DNA from: Candidatus Aenigmarchaeota archaeon CG_4_9_14_3_um_filter_37_18
GTDB lineage: Archaea; Aenigmatarchaeota; Aenigmatarchaeia; CG10238-14
Reading direction: 5' to 3'
Assembly: GCA_002789635.1 (NCBI GenBank)
Contig: PFTQ01000061.1
Location: 1 to 32,804 of the forward strand
Length of the DNA stretch: 32,804 nucleotides
Shown here: positions 1 to 8,116 of the stretch, one piece after another
Numbering within the stretch: the stretch's first letter is position 1
Layout: every line of letters starts with the position of its first letter
Notes under the pieces: generated by a model
Told to the model about the DNA's origin: nothing
What the model saw: the letters and a program-made list of their open reading frames with translations, nothing else
The model's database searches: none
Position numbers and translations under genes: made by a program

Positions 1-269
1 CAAAAACATTTTTGGGAAACGACGATGGAGGAGTTTCATATTTTCGAGAATTGTTTCTTTGACTTGTTTTTCCATTGAATAGAAGACAAATTTTCCATTG
101 TCAGAATACGCACCACCGACGTTTATTGCTTTCTTTGAGCCATTTTTGTAGACGATAGGTGTTTCTCCAATGAATGACCAGCATCGTCGTGCATCCGCAT
201 CGATATTGAAATGAGCTTGGTCGTAGGTGACGGTGCTTATGTCAGAATCCAAAAGTGAACGTTTTTTTT
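1..269 (-). CDS. IS630 transposase OrfB (DDE domain, partial), reached by -1 frameshift
   Basis: Hand translation of -1 frame is open to base 1: KRSLLDSDISTVTYDQAHFNIDADARRCWSFIGETPIV...INVGGAYSDNGKF... Confidence 0.8.
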
Positions 270-749
270 AAACTCATTCTTGAATTCGTCAACGGCTGCT
301 TGGTTTCTACTCTTGTTGCGTGGACGAGGTACTTGCATAGAGCAGCCAATCTTTTTGAGCAATCCACGGCAATGTCGTGGGGTGTATTCTTGCTTGAATT
401 CTTGTTGAATGAATCCTCTGACATCTTTCGTGATGAATCCTCGACGATAACCATCATCGAGCAGTACGCCATCGTTGAGTGCTGATCCTAGCATGCTGAA
501 TTGTTCTTCTGTGAGTCCTGCCTTCCTTCCACGGCCTTCTTTATCTTGCAACCCAATAAATCCTTCTTGTTCAAAGCGTTTTTTCCAAAACGCTACAATG
601 CCGTTGCTGATGCTCAACATCTTAGCAACTTCTCGCTGCGTATATCTTTGGCGAAGATGCCAGAGAATCTGCAATCGCTCACGAACTTTCACATTCCTCT
701 CTGCTTTGAATTTCTTCTCAAAAACACTTGTCTTGACATCAAGAATCAT
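237..749 (-). CDS. IS630 transposase OrfA (HTH / winged-helix)
   Basis: ATG at 749 after GAGGTG SD; RERLQIL..REVAKML..WKKRF..EG..GL....GRK and LLKKIG...PRPR patterns; ends FKKN over an A8 tract. Confidence 0.85.
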   Translation of the reverse strand: MILDVKTSVFEKKFKAERNVKVRERLQILWHLRQRYTQREVAKMLSISNGIVAFWKKRFEQEGFIGLQDKEGRGRKAGLTEEQFSMLGSALNDGVLLDDGYRRGFITKDVRGFIQQEFKQEYTPRHCRGLLKKIGCSMQVPRPRNKSRNQAAVDEFKNEFKKNVHFWILT

Positions 750-974
750 TATTTGACACCTCACACACAGCAATAGAACTTCCACTATATAAACTTTGCT
801 CAATTATTTAATTCCTACACTATAAAAGCCGAAAAACTAGAATTGAAGACCAGAAAAAAACCAAGCCCCCCCAACCTATTAGTCTATTGCCAATCCGCCG
901 GTAATTTTGTTAATTATAAAAGCCGCAAAACCAACTATAATTGTGAAAGAATTCAAAACCAAAAGCGGAGAAAA

Positions 975-2048
975 ATGAAAACAGGCGAACAAATAAAAAA
1001 ACTGAAGCCAATGCCAGAATCAAAACCGTGCCCATGCTGCCAATCAGATTTGACAATAAAGCACGGAAAAAGAAAAATCAAGCGCACTATTGTGCAGGTA
1101 TACAAGTGCATGTCATGCGGCAAGTTCTTTTCTGACAGGAAACTGAAGCACAAAAGCTACGACGCAAAAACAATCCTTCGCGCTATCACCCAATACAATA
1201 AAGGGTTCACTCTTGAGCAGGCGTCAAAGGAAATGTCAAAGCGCTTCCATCAACAAATCCCATTGTCCACGCTCCGCTCCTGGATAAAAGAATATTCAAG
1301 CATATGCACCTTCAGAAAATTAAGGGATAAGGCAATCAAGCTCTATCCAGACAGGGATATGATATTCTCCCACAGCCTTCAGCACAATCAGGTATATGAA
1401 TTCCAGCTGCATAAAGCCAAGCTTGAGCTGCAGGCAAAAGAGCTGCCGGAGCAGAAGTTCTCTTTATTGAAAAAATATTTGGAAGAGGTCTCCACTCAGT
1501 CATTTCCCCATCATATATTCCAGCCCAAGCAGGATGCGGAAGAGCTGTCAAGATCATCGCAGATGAAATTTCATACGCTCGATTTTGTCAAGTCAGAAAA
1601 ACAGAGCCTAGCAAGTGAATTAGCATCTTTGGGGCTGCATCTGGCAGGGACAAACAAAGAAAGGCATGAAGCCGTCCAAAACTTTATGATAGCCAATGAC
1701 AGCGCGACAGTATCATGCGAAGTCCCTGTATACCTGACAAATGATGACATCAGTTATTTCAAAGGCAAAGGCTTTCTAGTCGATTTCGAAAACTGCAAAA
1801 CACCTATAACCGGGCATATAGATATACTTCAGATTCGCAATGGCTCTATTCATATCTTAGACTACAAGCCAGGCGCAAGAAAAGTGAATGCTGCAAGCCA
1901 GCTGACAATGTATGCCTTGGCTCTGGCAAGCAGAACAAAACTAGCAGTCAAGGACTTCAGGTGCGCATGGTTCGATGACAGGAATTACTACGAATTCTTT
2001 CCTTTGCATGCCGTCTACAAGCTGAGAAAAGCAGAAAAACTTCCGTAA
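975..2048 (+). CDS. Zn-ribbon + HTH + C-terminal PD-(D/E)XK nuclease protein
   Basis: ATG 975 after GGAG; CPCC..KHG..YKCMSCGK Zn ribbon, STLRSWI HTH, EVPV..GHIDIL..ILDYK..QLTMY RecB-like nuclease motifs. Confidence 0.75.
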   Translation: MKTGEQIKKLKPMPESKPCPCCQSDLTIKHGKRKIKRTIVQVYKCMSCGKFFSDRKLKHKSYDAKTILRAITQYNKGFTLEQASKEMSKRFHQQIPLSTLRSWIKEYSSICTFRKLRDKAIKLYPDRDMIFSHSLQHNQVYEFQLHKAKLELQAKELPEQKFSLLKKYLEEVSTQSFPHHIFQPKQDAEELSRSSQMKFHTLDFVKSEKQSLASELASLGLHLAGTNKERHEAVQNFMIANDSATVSCEVPVYLTNDDISYFKGKGFLVDFENCKTPITGHIDILQIRNGSIHILDYKPGARKVNAASQLTMYALALASRTKLAVKDFRCAWFDDRNYYEFFPLHAVYKLRKAEKLP

Positions 2049-2131
2049 CATATACGGCTCCCGAAATTTCAGAAGAGATTGATTTCGGGTTAAAATATAC
2101 CATGAAAAAAATACCGGCATTTATTTCCAAG

Positions 2132-2314
2132 TTATCCATAAACCTTAACAATCTTAGCCTTAACAATACTCATCCCACCGGTAGTCTCAGACAGAATATT
2201 GCCGCAAACTAAGCATGCTACAGGCCTTGACGCTTTGTTGAAGATGGTCTGCTCATTCTTGCACTTGGGGCAAACTACTTCCAAAAACTTGCTGGTCGGT
2301 TGTTTTGTTATCAT
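2132..2314 (-). CDS. rps27e: 30S ribosomal protein S27e
   Basis: PTSKFLEVVCPKCKNEQTIF..CLVCG..L..TTGG; follows rpl44e as in the conserved archaeal cluster. Confidence 0.96.
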   Translation of the reverse strand: MITKQPTSKFLEVVCPKCKNEQTIFNKASRPVACLVCGNILSETTGGMSIVKAKIVKVYG

Positions 2315-2322
2315 AAATACAC

Positions 2323-2604
2323 CTACTTTTTGACAAGCTTAAACTTCTTGTTTCTGAAGCCCTGACCCTTAGTATGCTTTTTACCGCATTCTGAGCATTT
2401 ATACCTCAAATCAGTCTTCTTCACGGTTTTTTCGTGGTCGGGCTTGGGTCTCGGGAAGCTTGTGTACCCCTTCAATTTCCTCAAGTATCTCCTCTGGCCC
2501 TGAGCCATTTTCCTTCTTTGCTTTTTCTTGGCTGCGTCTATAGTATGCTCAGTGTGCTTCCTGCAAATAGGGCAGAACCCTCTTTGATTTTTTGGAAAAT
2601 CCAT
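2323..2604 (-). CDS. rpl44e: 50S ribosomal protein L44e
   Basis: CPICRKHTEH, GQRRY.RK.KGY, KKTDLRYKCSECGK. Confidence 0.96.
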   Translation of the reverse strand: MDFPKNQRGFCPICRKHTEHTIDAAKKKQRRKMAQGQRRYLRKLKGYTSFPRPKPDHEKTVKKTDLRYKCSECGKKHTKGQGFRNKKFKLVKK

Positions 2605-2605
2605 T

Positions 2606-3148
2606 TTATTCCACCTTTTTTGCGTTCTCTGACTTGATCATTAATTCAGCATTCTCCACCGGGATTTCTCCCTCTCCCTCTGCTTTGAATGGGCCGTATT
2701 TTTTAAGGTCCGAGCCGATAAACTCAGGTATATCTTGTGTGAATTTAAGCTTTTCTAATTTTGCTTCTTCTTTAGTTTTTTTAGTAAATATATTTAAAGT
2801 CTTTTCCCTTTGGAACTTTAGCAGTTCCACAAGCTGCCTGAAGAACTTTTCCTCGACTTTTGTCAGGTTCTGGATAGGGATGCCTGTTCTAGAGGCGAAG
2901 ACGGCCTGCTGCAATATCTTGGTCTCCCTCCTGTTGTAAATGTCCTCGAGGAGCTTTTGCAAATTCTCTGCTTCTATTTCACTGGACCTGTCTTTCTTCT
3001 TCCCAAGCCTCATTTTTTGTTCCAGATACTTTTCGGCTTTGTCATAAAAATCATCTGTGATTTTTGTCAGCCTGACTTCAGCCAACTCTTCCCTTTGGAC
3101 TTTCCGGATGTACTCGTAGGTTATAGCTTCTTTCTGTTCTTCGGGCAT
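2606..3148 (-). CDS. GINS complex subunit (Gins51-type, A-B domain order)
   Basis: R.E......L.KI..DFY, RRETKI, C-terminal IPEFIGSDLKKYGPF..IPVENAELM; lies between primase and rpl44e. Confidence 0.85.
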   Translation of the reverse strand: MPEEQKEAITYEYIRKVQREELAEVRLTKITDDFYDKAEKYLEQKMRLGKKKDRSSEIEAENLQKLLEDIYNRRETKILQQAVFASRTGIPIQNLTKVEEKFFRQLVELLKFQREKTLNIFTKKTKEEAKLEKLKFTQDIPEFIGSDLKKYGPFKAEGEGEIPVENAELMIKSENAKKVE

Positions 3149-3228
3149 ATATTAGAAATGGGAATGAAAGTTGAAATAAGTGATTAATTTTATTAGAAGG
3201 AATATTCAAATAATCTTCAGTGAAAAAA

Positions 3229-3300
3229 ATGGATATAGCTACCATTATTATAATTTTGGTCATAATCCTTCTGGCTTTGGTAATTGTTTCCAGCAAGTGA
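3229..3300 (+). CDS. 23-aa single-TM peptide MDIATIIIILVIILLALVIVSSK
   Basis: Hand-translated; one hydrophobic helix; stop 5 nt before next ATG. Confidence 0.5.
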   Translation: MDIATIIIILVIILLALVIVSSK

Positions 3301-3305
3301 GATAA

Positions 3306-3533
3306 ATGAGAAATGGATTTTCAAGATTATTCGAATTTAAAATTCTACTGCTAATTCTGGATATAATAGGATCTGGTTTTCTATTTTTGACGATATTCCT
3401 TGGGTTTAGTATAGAAGATAATTTAACAGACTTTCAGAGGGGCTTAATTACAGGTGCAATCTCCCTCTATACATTTTTTGTAACTCTAAATTTGTTGAAT
3501 AAAAAAATGAATCGAAGAAGAGGTGAAATTTGA
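3306..3533 (+). CDS. 75-aa two-TM membrane protein
   Basis: Two hydrophobic segments and a basic C-terminal tail. Confidence 0.6.
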   Translation: MRNGFSRLFEFKILLLILDIIGSGFLFLTIFLGFSIEDNLTDFQRGLITGAISLYTFFVTLNLLNKKMNRRRGEI

Positions 3534-3613
3534 TGAATCAAAGGGCAATATTAGAAATAATATCAGTAATAATTGGAATTCTTGTTATCCTGAAATTAAT
3601 AGGGGTTTTTTAG
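3533..3613 (+). CDS. 26-aa single-TM peptide MNQRAILEIISVIIGILVILKLIGVF
   Basis: GAGGTGA SD and TGATG stop-start overlap with the upstream ORF. Confidence 0.55.
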   Translation: MNQRAILEIISVIIGILVILKLIGVF

Positions 3614-3704
3614 TTGTTAATTTTTATGGAATTATGAATGGCTATCAATGTTTTTGGCCGTTTCGAACAGATAACAATATAAGAAATCTTAATAAAATCT
3701 ATTC

Positions 3705-3791
3705 ATGGAGCTGAATCTTTTAACTACAATAATAATAGCAGTTTTACTCATCATACTGATGGCAATTCTAATTATGCCAAAAAGACGATGA
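3705..3791 (+). CDS. 28-aa single-TM peptide MELNLLTTIIIAVLLIILMAILIMPKRR
   Basis: Hand-translated; hydrophobic helix plus basic tail; stop 4 nt before next ATG. Confidence 0.5.
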   Translation: MELNLLTTIIIAVLLIILMAILIMPKRR

Positions 3792-3795
3792 TTTA

Positions 3796-4041
3796 ATGAA
3801 AAGAGATCCAATAATTTGGGTTACAAGTCTAATTCTTACTGCAATATTGGGTTGGATAATAAAATGGTTGTTGGATAGTTTGTTAAAGACATGCGAACCA
3901 AATATGGGATGCGCATATGGATCGGTCTTGCTTGGACTCGCTATAGGTGTGTGTATGACAATTATATTGATAAATCCTCTTGTCTATAATAGATATAAAA
4001 GGAGCCGTGAGGAAGTATGGCAGACCCAATTGTGGTTATAA
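3796..4041 (+). CDS. 81-aa two-TM membrane protein
   Basis: Two TM segments joined by a C-x5-C loop; basic tail. Confidence 0.6.
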   Translation: MKRDPIIWVTSLILTAILGWIIKWLLDSLLKTCEPNMGCAYGSVLLGLAIGVCMTIILINPLVYNRYKRSREEVWQTQLWL

Positions 4042-4094
4042 TCTTGCTGATAATAGCAATTATACTTGCACTTATTCTGAGGTCAAGAATTTAA
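4017..4094 (+). CDS. 25-aa single-TM peptide MADPIVVIILLIIAIILALILRSRI
   Basis: GTGAGG SD before ATG; hydrophobic helix plus basic tail. Confidence 0.5.
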   Translation: MADPIVVIILLIIAIILALILRSRI

Positions 4095-4104
4095 AAGGAG
4101 TCGA

Positions 4105-5376
4105 TCATTTCTTCTTCATCTTTCTGAACACATAATTAACAGGGTTCTTTAAGCCTTCACACCGATCATCTTTAGTCTCGCCTAGTACGCTTTTGTAGTA
4201 ATTGTCATTGTCGCAGTTTGGCGGAAGCAGATTTCTAGGCTGCCTCTTATGCCATCTTAATTGAGTCGTGATATAGTTCTTTGGCAGAGGCCTGGGATTT
4301 CTCTGGTTCCATTCTTCCATTTCCTTTTCGATCTTTTCCCATGGCCACCCCATGTTTTGGAGGAATGTTGCCAGCACAAACACAGACCTTTTTCTTCCGT
4401 CTGGAATGCCTTGAAGGATTTTGAGAATGCACGGGGGGAAGTATTTTTCAGGCACTTCTTTCAGTTGCCTCCTCGGGCCTTTGTACTCTTCCTTTTCTTC
4501 TTGCCTGCCATACTTTTTACTCCAATCCAATGCCTCAACCAACAGCCCGCCAGCTTCTGCCAGCTTTATCTCACCTGATAGAAATTTTTTTTCTACTTTT
4601 ATTTTCCAAGAGCTTGCGTCTTCTTTCTGGAACTTATCTAACTGGGATAATAGAATAGGCAAACTGACAAGCAGGGATTTTTCATGCAGGCTATAAGGAA
4701 GGCGGAACATATGCCTAGAAGAGGCAACCATGCTGTCGATCTCAACCAACTTTAATGGGTTAATACCTTCCTCATCTATGCAATCATCTATATTCTTTCC
4801 AACCCTTTCTGCAAGCTTAAGCGGGTTATCCAATTCAAGAAATCTTTCTCTAAGCGTGTCTTTAACATAATCCTTCAGGTATTCAATCACAGCTTTTGGA
4901 GCTTCAGGGTACATCTTCTCTATTTTTTTATCGTCTATCCTCTTTGGGAAAAATTCGAATGGTATTCCTATGTGAAAGCCTTTGCCGCCAGTGCTTTTAA
5001 TAGAATAATTTTTTATTCCATGGTCTTCAAGAGCTTCGCAGAGTGTTTTAACAGTTATTTTTGAAAGCTGAAAATCCGGGCAGTCTGGATCTATTATTAG
5101 GTCCCAACCCACTCTTAGGCTGTCGAGCTGCTGAGGAGCCATCCCAGTTTCCAAAGACATAGGATTAGACCATCTCTCGACTGAGCCATGAAAACTGACC
5201 ACTCCTTTCTTGACCATCTCTACGATATCATCTGGGTAGGCAAGGATGTTAGGCCTTTTGTCAAAGCTGCCATTTTCGTAGACTCCTACTACTTCCCGTT
5301 TTTTTGATTCTTCTAGCAATGCATCCTGCACATCTTTTTTTGAGTAGTACCTCAACACTTTCGAGAAGTTGTTCAT
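4105..5376 (-). CDS. DNA primase, fused PriS catalytic domain and PriL C-terminal domain (DPANN-type)
   Basis: GWDLIIDPD (DxD), STGGKGFH and RHMFRLPYSLH AEP motifs; C-terminal FPPCI..DGRKR..PPNC..KNPVNY. Confidence 0.88.
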   Translation of the reverse strand: MNNFSKVLRYYSKKDVQDALLEESKKREVVGVYENGSFDKRPNILAYPDDIVEMVKKGVVSFHGSVERWSNPMSLETGMAPQQLDSLRVGWDLIIDPDCPDFQLSKITVKTLCEALEDHGIKNYSIKSTGGKGFHIGIPFEFFPKRIDDKKIEKMYPEAPKAVIEYLKDYVKDTLRERFLELDNPLKLAERVGKNIDDCIDEEGINPLKLVEIDSMVASSRHMFRLPYSLHEKSLLVSLPILLSQLDKFQKEDASSWKIKVEKKFLSGEIKLAEAGGLLVEALDWSKKYGRQEEKEEYKGPRRQLKEVPEKYFPPCILKILQGIPDGRKRSVFVLATFLQNMGWPWEKIEKEMEEWNQRNPRPLPKNYITTQLRWHKRQPRNLLPPNCDNDNYYKSVLGETKDDRCEGLKNPVNYVFRKMKKK

Positions 5377-5464
5377 GAATTAATATTGGGAATGAAGGAA
5401 TAAATTGGTTAGATGCTCAAATAGAATCCTTTTATATATCATTACTAAATAGAATTATATCTAG

Positions 5465-5767
5465 GTGTTGAAGTTGACAAAAAAGGGCAATATTGATAGA
5501 TTGACAAAAAAAATAATTCCAATACTTAGGCAGCACGGTGTAGTCAAAGCTGGGGTTTTTGGCTCAATTGTCAGGGGCGAAGCTACAAAAAAAAGTGATA
5601 TAGACATTTTGATTCAATTTAAAGGAAGAAAGAGCCTATTGGACCTTATAGGCTTGGAATTAGAGCTAGAAAAATCATTAAGAAGGGACGTAGATCTTTT
5701 GACTTATAATTCTATTCATCCGTTATTGAGGGACAGGATCTTGAACGAAGAGGTAAGGATCATATGA
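5465..5767 (+). CDS. Minimal nucleotidyltransferase (MNT) antitoxin
   Basis: FGSIVRGE....SDIDIL (GSx10DxD); overlaps the HEPN gene. Confidence 0.92.
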   Translation: MLKLTKKGNIDRLTKKIIPILRQHGVVKAGVFGSIVRGEATKKSDIDILIQFKGRKSLLDLIGLELELEKSLRRDVDLLTYNSIHPLLRDRILNEEVRII

Positions 5768-6120
5768 AGAAAGATTCTGAAATTTTTATTAGGCATATTC
5801 TTGAGAATATAGAGAAAATAGAAAAACATACAAAAGAAGTCGAGAAAAAGAAATTTTTCGAAAAAGAAGAAATTCAAGATCTGGTGATAAGAAAATTAGA
5901 GATTATTGGCGAGGCAAGCAAAAACCTGCCAAAAGAATTTAGAAATCACCACAAAGAAGTCGAATGGAATAAAATAGGGGGGTTAAGAGACAAATTAATT
6001 CATCACTATTTTGGCGTTGATCTGGATCTAATATTTGATATTGTGAAAAAAGATTTGCCAGAGCTTAAAAAGAAAGTTAAAGATATCTTAAAAGAAATAG
6101 AAGAGAGTAAAAAAACCTGA
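5764..6120 (+). CDS. HEPN (DUF86/HepT-like) RNase toxin
   Basis: LEIIGEA and RDKLIHHY (Rx4HxY). Confidence 0.92.
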   Translation: MKKDSEIFIRHILENIEKIEKHTKEVEKKKFFEKEEIQDLVIRKLEIIGEASKNLPKEFRNHHKEVEWNKIGGLRDKLIHHYFGVDLDLIFDIVKKDLPELKKKVKDILKEIEESKKT

Positions 6121-6279
6121 ATTTTTTCCCATGGGCTTGATTAGACATTTTCTTGCTTTAAAAAAAACTTTGGAATATTAAAGCCAAAAACTCTTGCCTA
6201 ATGGAGATCAAATCCGTAATTCAGGAAACCTTTAAATTCTTAAACTACAAACCCTAATAAATCATAATCAGGTGAATTA

Positions 6280-6537
6280 ATGGGAAATGTAAGGACAACT
6301 CATATCAAGCAGCTTTCAGAAAAGCTCATAGAAGCTTATCCTGATAAATTCTCAATTGAATTTGGCAAGAACAAACAATCGCTTGACGGATTAATGTGCT
6401 TTGACTCTAAGATAACGAGAAACAAGGTTGCTGGATACATTTCACATAATTTGGGAAAAATACAAAAATTAAAAACCTTAAAGATATCATACCAAAACCC
6501 TAATCTAGATAAAAGAAAAAAAAGAAGAAGGTATTAG
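6280..6537 (+). CDS. rps17e: 30S ribosomal protein S17e
   Basis: MGNVRTTHIK..LIE.Y..F...F..NK..SK..RNKVAGYI; AGGTGA SD. Confidence 0.95.
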   Translation: MGNVRTTHIKQLSEKLIEAYPDKFSIEFGKNKQSLDGLMCFDSKITRNKVAGYISHNLGKIQKLKTLKISYQNPNLDKRKKRRRY

Positions 6538-6661
6538 CCAAACTCATAAGTCACGCTTACTTGAATCATTCCTAGGCTGATTTCTGTTGTTGATTCAATT
6601 GATCCACCGGACGACATTAAGTCATAATTCCTGTAGACAGGCTGATAGTAGCGTTCTATTT

Positions 6662-6742
6662 CTAGTAATCGTCTCCTTCATTGTCCATATCTGGGTCTTC
6701 ATCGTTTGTTTCTTCTTCATCATCTTCCCAACTTTTTGGCAT
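6662..6742 (-). CDS. 26-aa highly acidic peptide MPKSWEDDEEETNDEDPDMDNEGDDY
   Basis: GGGGGGTG SD 6 nt upstream and TTTATAT TATA-like box near 6786-6792. Confidence 0.5.
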   Translation of the reverse strand: MPKSWEDDEEETNDEDPDMDNEGDDY

Positions 6743-6954
6743 TTTTAACACCCCCCAACTAAACTGATTGAAAGTTTCGCTGGGATATAAACTTGATTCA
6801 ATGAGAATATGATTTCGTTCTTCTTCCATATTGACCTTCTCAATTTCTGAATTTGAATGAATGAGTATTTATTCTTTCATGAGGCCTTGAATAAAGATTG
6901 TGAATTAAATCAATTTTCAAATCAACTTATAAACTTTCTTTTCCTAATAACTTT

Positions 6955-7024
6955 GGGCCACGATGAAGAGACCATCCCAGAATGACCGAAAGGTATGAAT
7001 GTCGAGGTAGCTCATGAGCGGCCC
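6955..7024 (+). ncRNA. Candidate box C/D 2'-O-methylation guide sRNA
   Basis: GC-rich island with terminal stem GGGCC/GGCCC; C box ATGAAGA (6963), 12-nt guide, D' ATGA, CCGAAAGG hairpin, C'-like ATGAATG, 12-nt guide, D ATGA; TTATAAA ~25 nt upstream. Confidence 0.65.
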
Positions 7025-7033
7025 GATTAATGA

Positions 7034-7516
7034 TTAAAAAAATTTCTTAGGAAACCACCTAGGAACACGTTTCATATATTCAATATAATCTTTTCCAAAT
7101 CTTCTCTTAAGTAAAGGCTCCTCTCGGCAAACAACATAAAAATGAATTAATGAAATAGATAATATAAAATATACAAGCAAAAGAAATTGGCCGAAAATAA
7201 AAAACTCCCCGAAGAAGATAGACATATAACCCAGATATATTGGATTTCTAGTAAATTTGTATAAGCCTTTGATAACTAATTTTTTAGGCGGCTCGATAGG
7301 AGCTGGCGTGCCTTTTCCGATCTTAATAAATAAACCGGAACAATAAAGGAAGACAGCTGTTCCAATAAAAATCAGAAACAAACCAACTATCGTAAAAAAC
7401 AAGTTGCTGAAAACTGGCAGATTTATCCTGGCATTAAGATAAATGAGTAAGAAAGGTATTATTAACATAAAAAAAGAGCCAACTAATATTGCAAGCAGAA
7501 TAGAATTAATTTTCAT
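7034..7516 (-). CDS. Isoprenylcysteine carboxyl methyltransferase / PEMT family membrane protein
   Basis: GTPAP..PPKKLV..GLY...RNPIYLG, EEPLL.RRFG..Y.EY...VPRW. Confidence 0.9.
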   Translation of the reverse strand: MKINSILLAILVGSFFMLIIPFLLIYLNARINLPVFSNLFFTIVGLFLIFIGTAVFLYCSGLFIKIGKGTPAPIEPPKKLVIKGLYKFTRNPIYLGYMSIFFGEFFIFGQFLLLVYFILSISLIHFYVVCREEPLLKRRFGKDYIEYMKRVPRWFPKKFF

Positions 7517-7519
7517 GTC

Positions 7520-7550
7520 AATCAACAATATACTTAACCTTCCCGCTTTC
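7520..7550. repeat. 31-bp direct repeat copy 1 (orphan copy of porA 3' end)
   Basis: aatcaacaatatacttaaccttcccgctttc, 30/31 identical to 8118-8148. Confidence 0.9.
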
Positions 7551-7562
7551 TCTGATGATCAT

Positions 7563-7748
7563 TTAAATCATGATAATATTTTTCATTTCTTTTTTTGGGA
7601 CAAGAAGTATTTTACCATCTTTTCTTTTAATTAATTCACTTTCTTTTGATAATCTATGTAATTTTCTAGGGTTTCTTTCTAACTCTAAAAGAACATATCT
7701 TATATCTTCTAAACCATCAATAACATCGCTTTTTTTTAAGGTTTCCAT
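7563..7748 (-). CDS. Small hypothetical protein, putative antitoxin partner
   Basis: 61 aa, overlaps the upstream gene by 13 nt. Confidence 0.5.
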   Translation of the reverse strand: METLKKSDVIDGLEDIRYVLLELERNPRKLHRLSKESELIKRKDGKILLVPKKEMKNIIMI

Positions 7749-8116
7749 TTTTTATCACTTTTAAATTTCTCAATATATATTTCCCAGTTAGATTTTATAT
7801 CCTTAATGCCATAGTCAATAGCATGCTTCAAATCCTTAAAAAAACCCAAATTTTCTTTAATTTTATCCCCTTTTAAATTGTAAATATCCCTATGAGAGAT
7901 CTCGTGCGAGTAATTATAGCGGATAACTGGTTTCCATTCTTTTTTCAATAGTCTCTTTGTTTTAACTTCAAGTTGTATCACATAATTTATTGGCTGGCCT
8001 TTTTCAGTATAAATTTCTGTTCTGAATCTAGAAATAGGGTCTCCATTTTCATCTGTTTCCAGAACCCTAATAATCCTCTTTCCATGTTCACTTTTGGTTT
8101 TCATAATAAACCACAT
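7736..8116 (-). CDS. DUF7718-like putative toxin
   Basis: YVIQLE....W.PVIRYN.SH..SHRDIY resembles the RYDxxH..H motif of this family. Confidence 0.55.
   Translation of the reverse strand: MWFIMKTKSEHGKRIIRVLETDENGDPISRFRTEIYTEKGQPINYVIQLEVKTKRLLKKEWKPVIRYNYSHEISHRDIYNLKGDKIKENLGFFKDLKHAIDYGIKDIKSNWEIYIEKFKSDKKWKP

Larger units (their letters stand above)
1..822 (-). mobile_element. IS630-family insertion sequence (truncated by window start)
   Basis: HTH OrfA plus -1 frame DDE-type OrfB; probable left end next to TATA at 821-824, consistent with TA targeting by IS630; other end outside window. Confidence 0.85.

Noticed and set aside
843-974. N-terminal extension of the nuclease ORF
   Set aside because: TTG start without SD; ATG 975 has GGAG and directly precedes the Zn ribbon
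3523-3714. 63-aa ORF from the track
   Set aside because: Overlaps better supported SD-led or hydrophobic peptides in other frames; Asn-rich, non-coding-like
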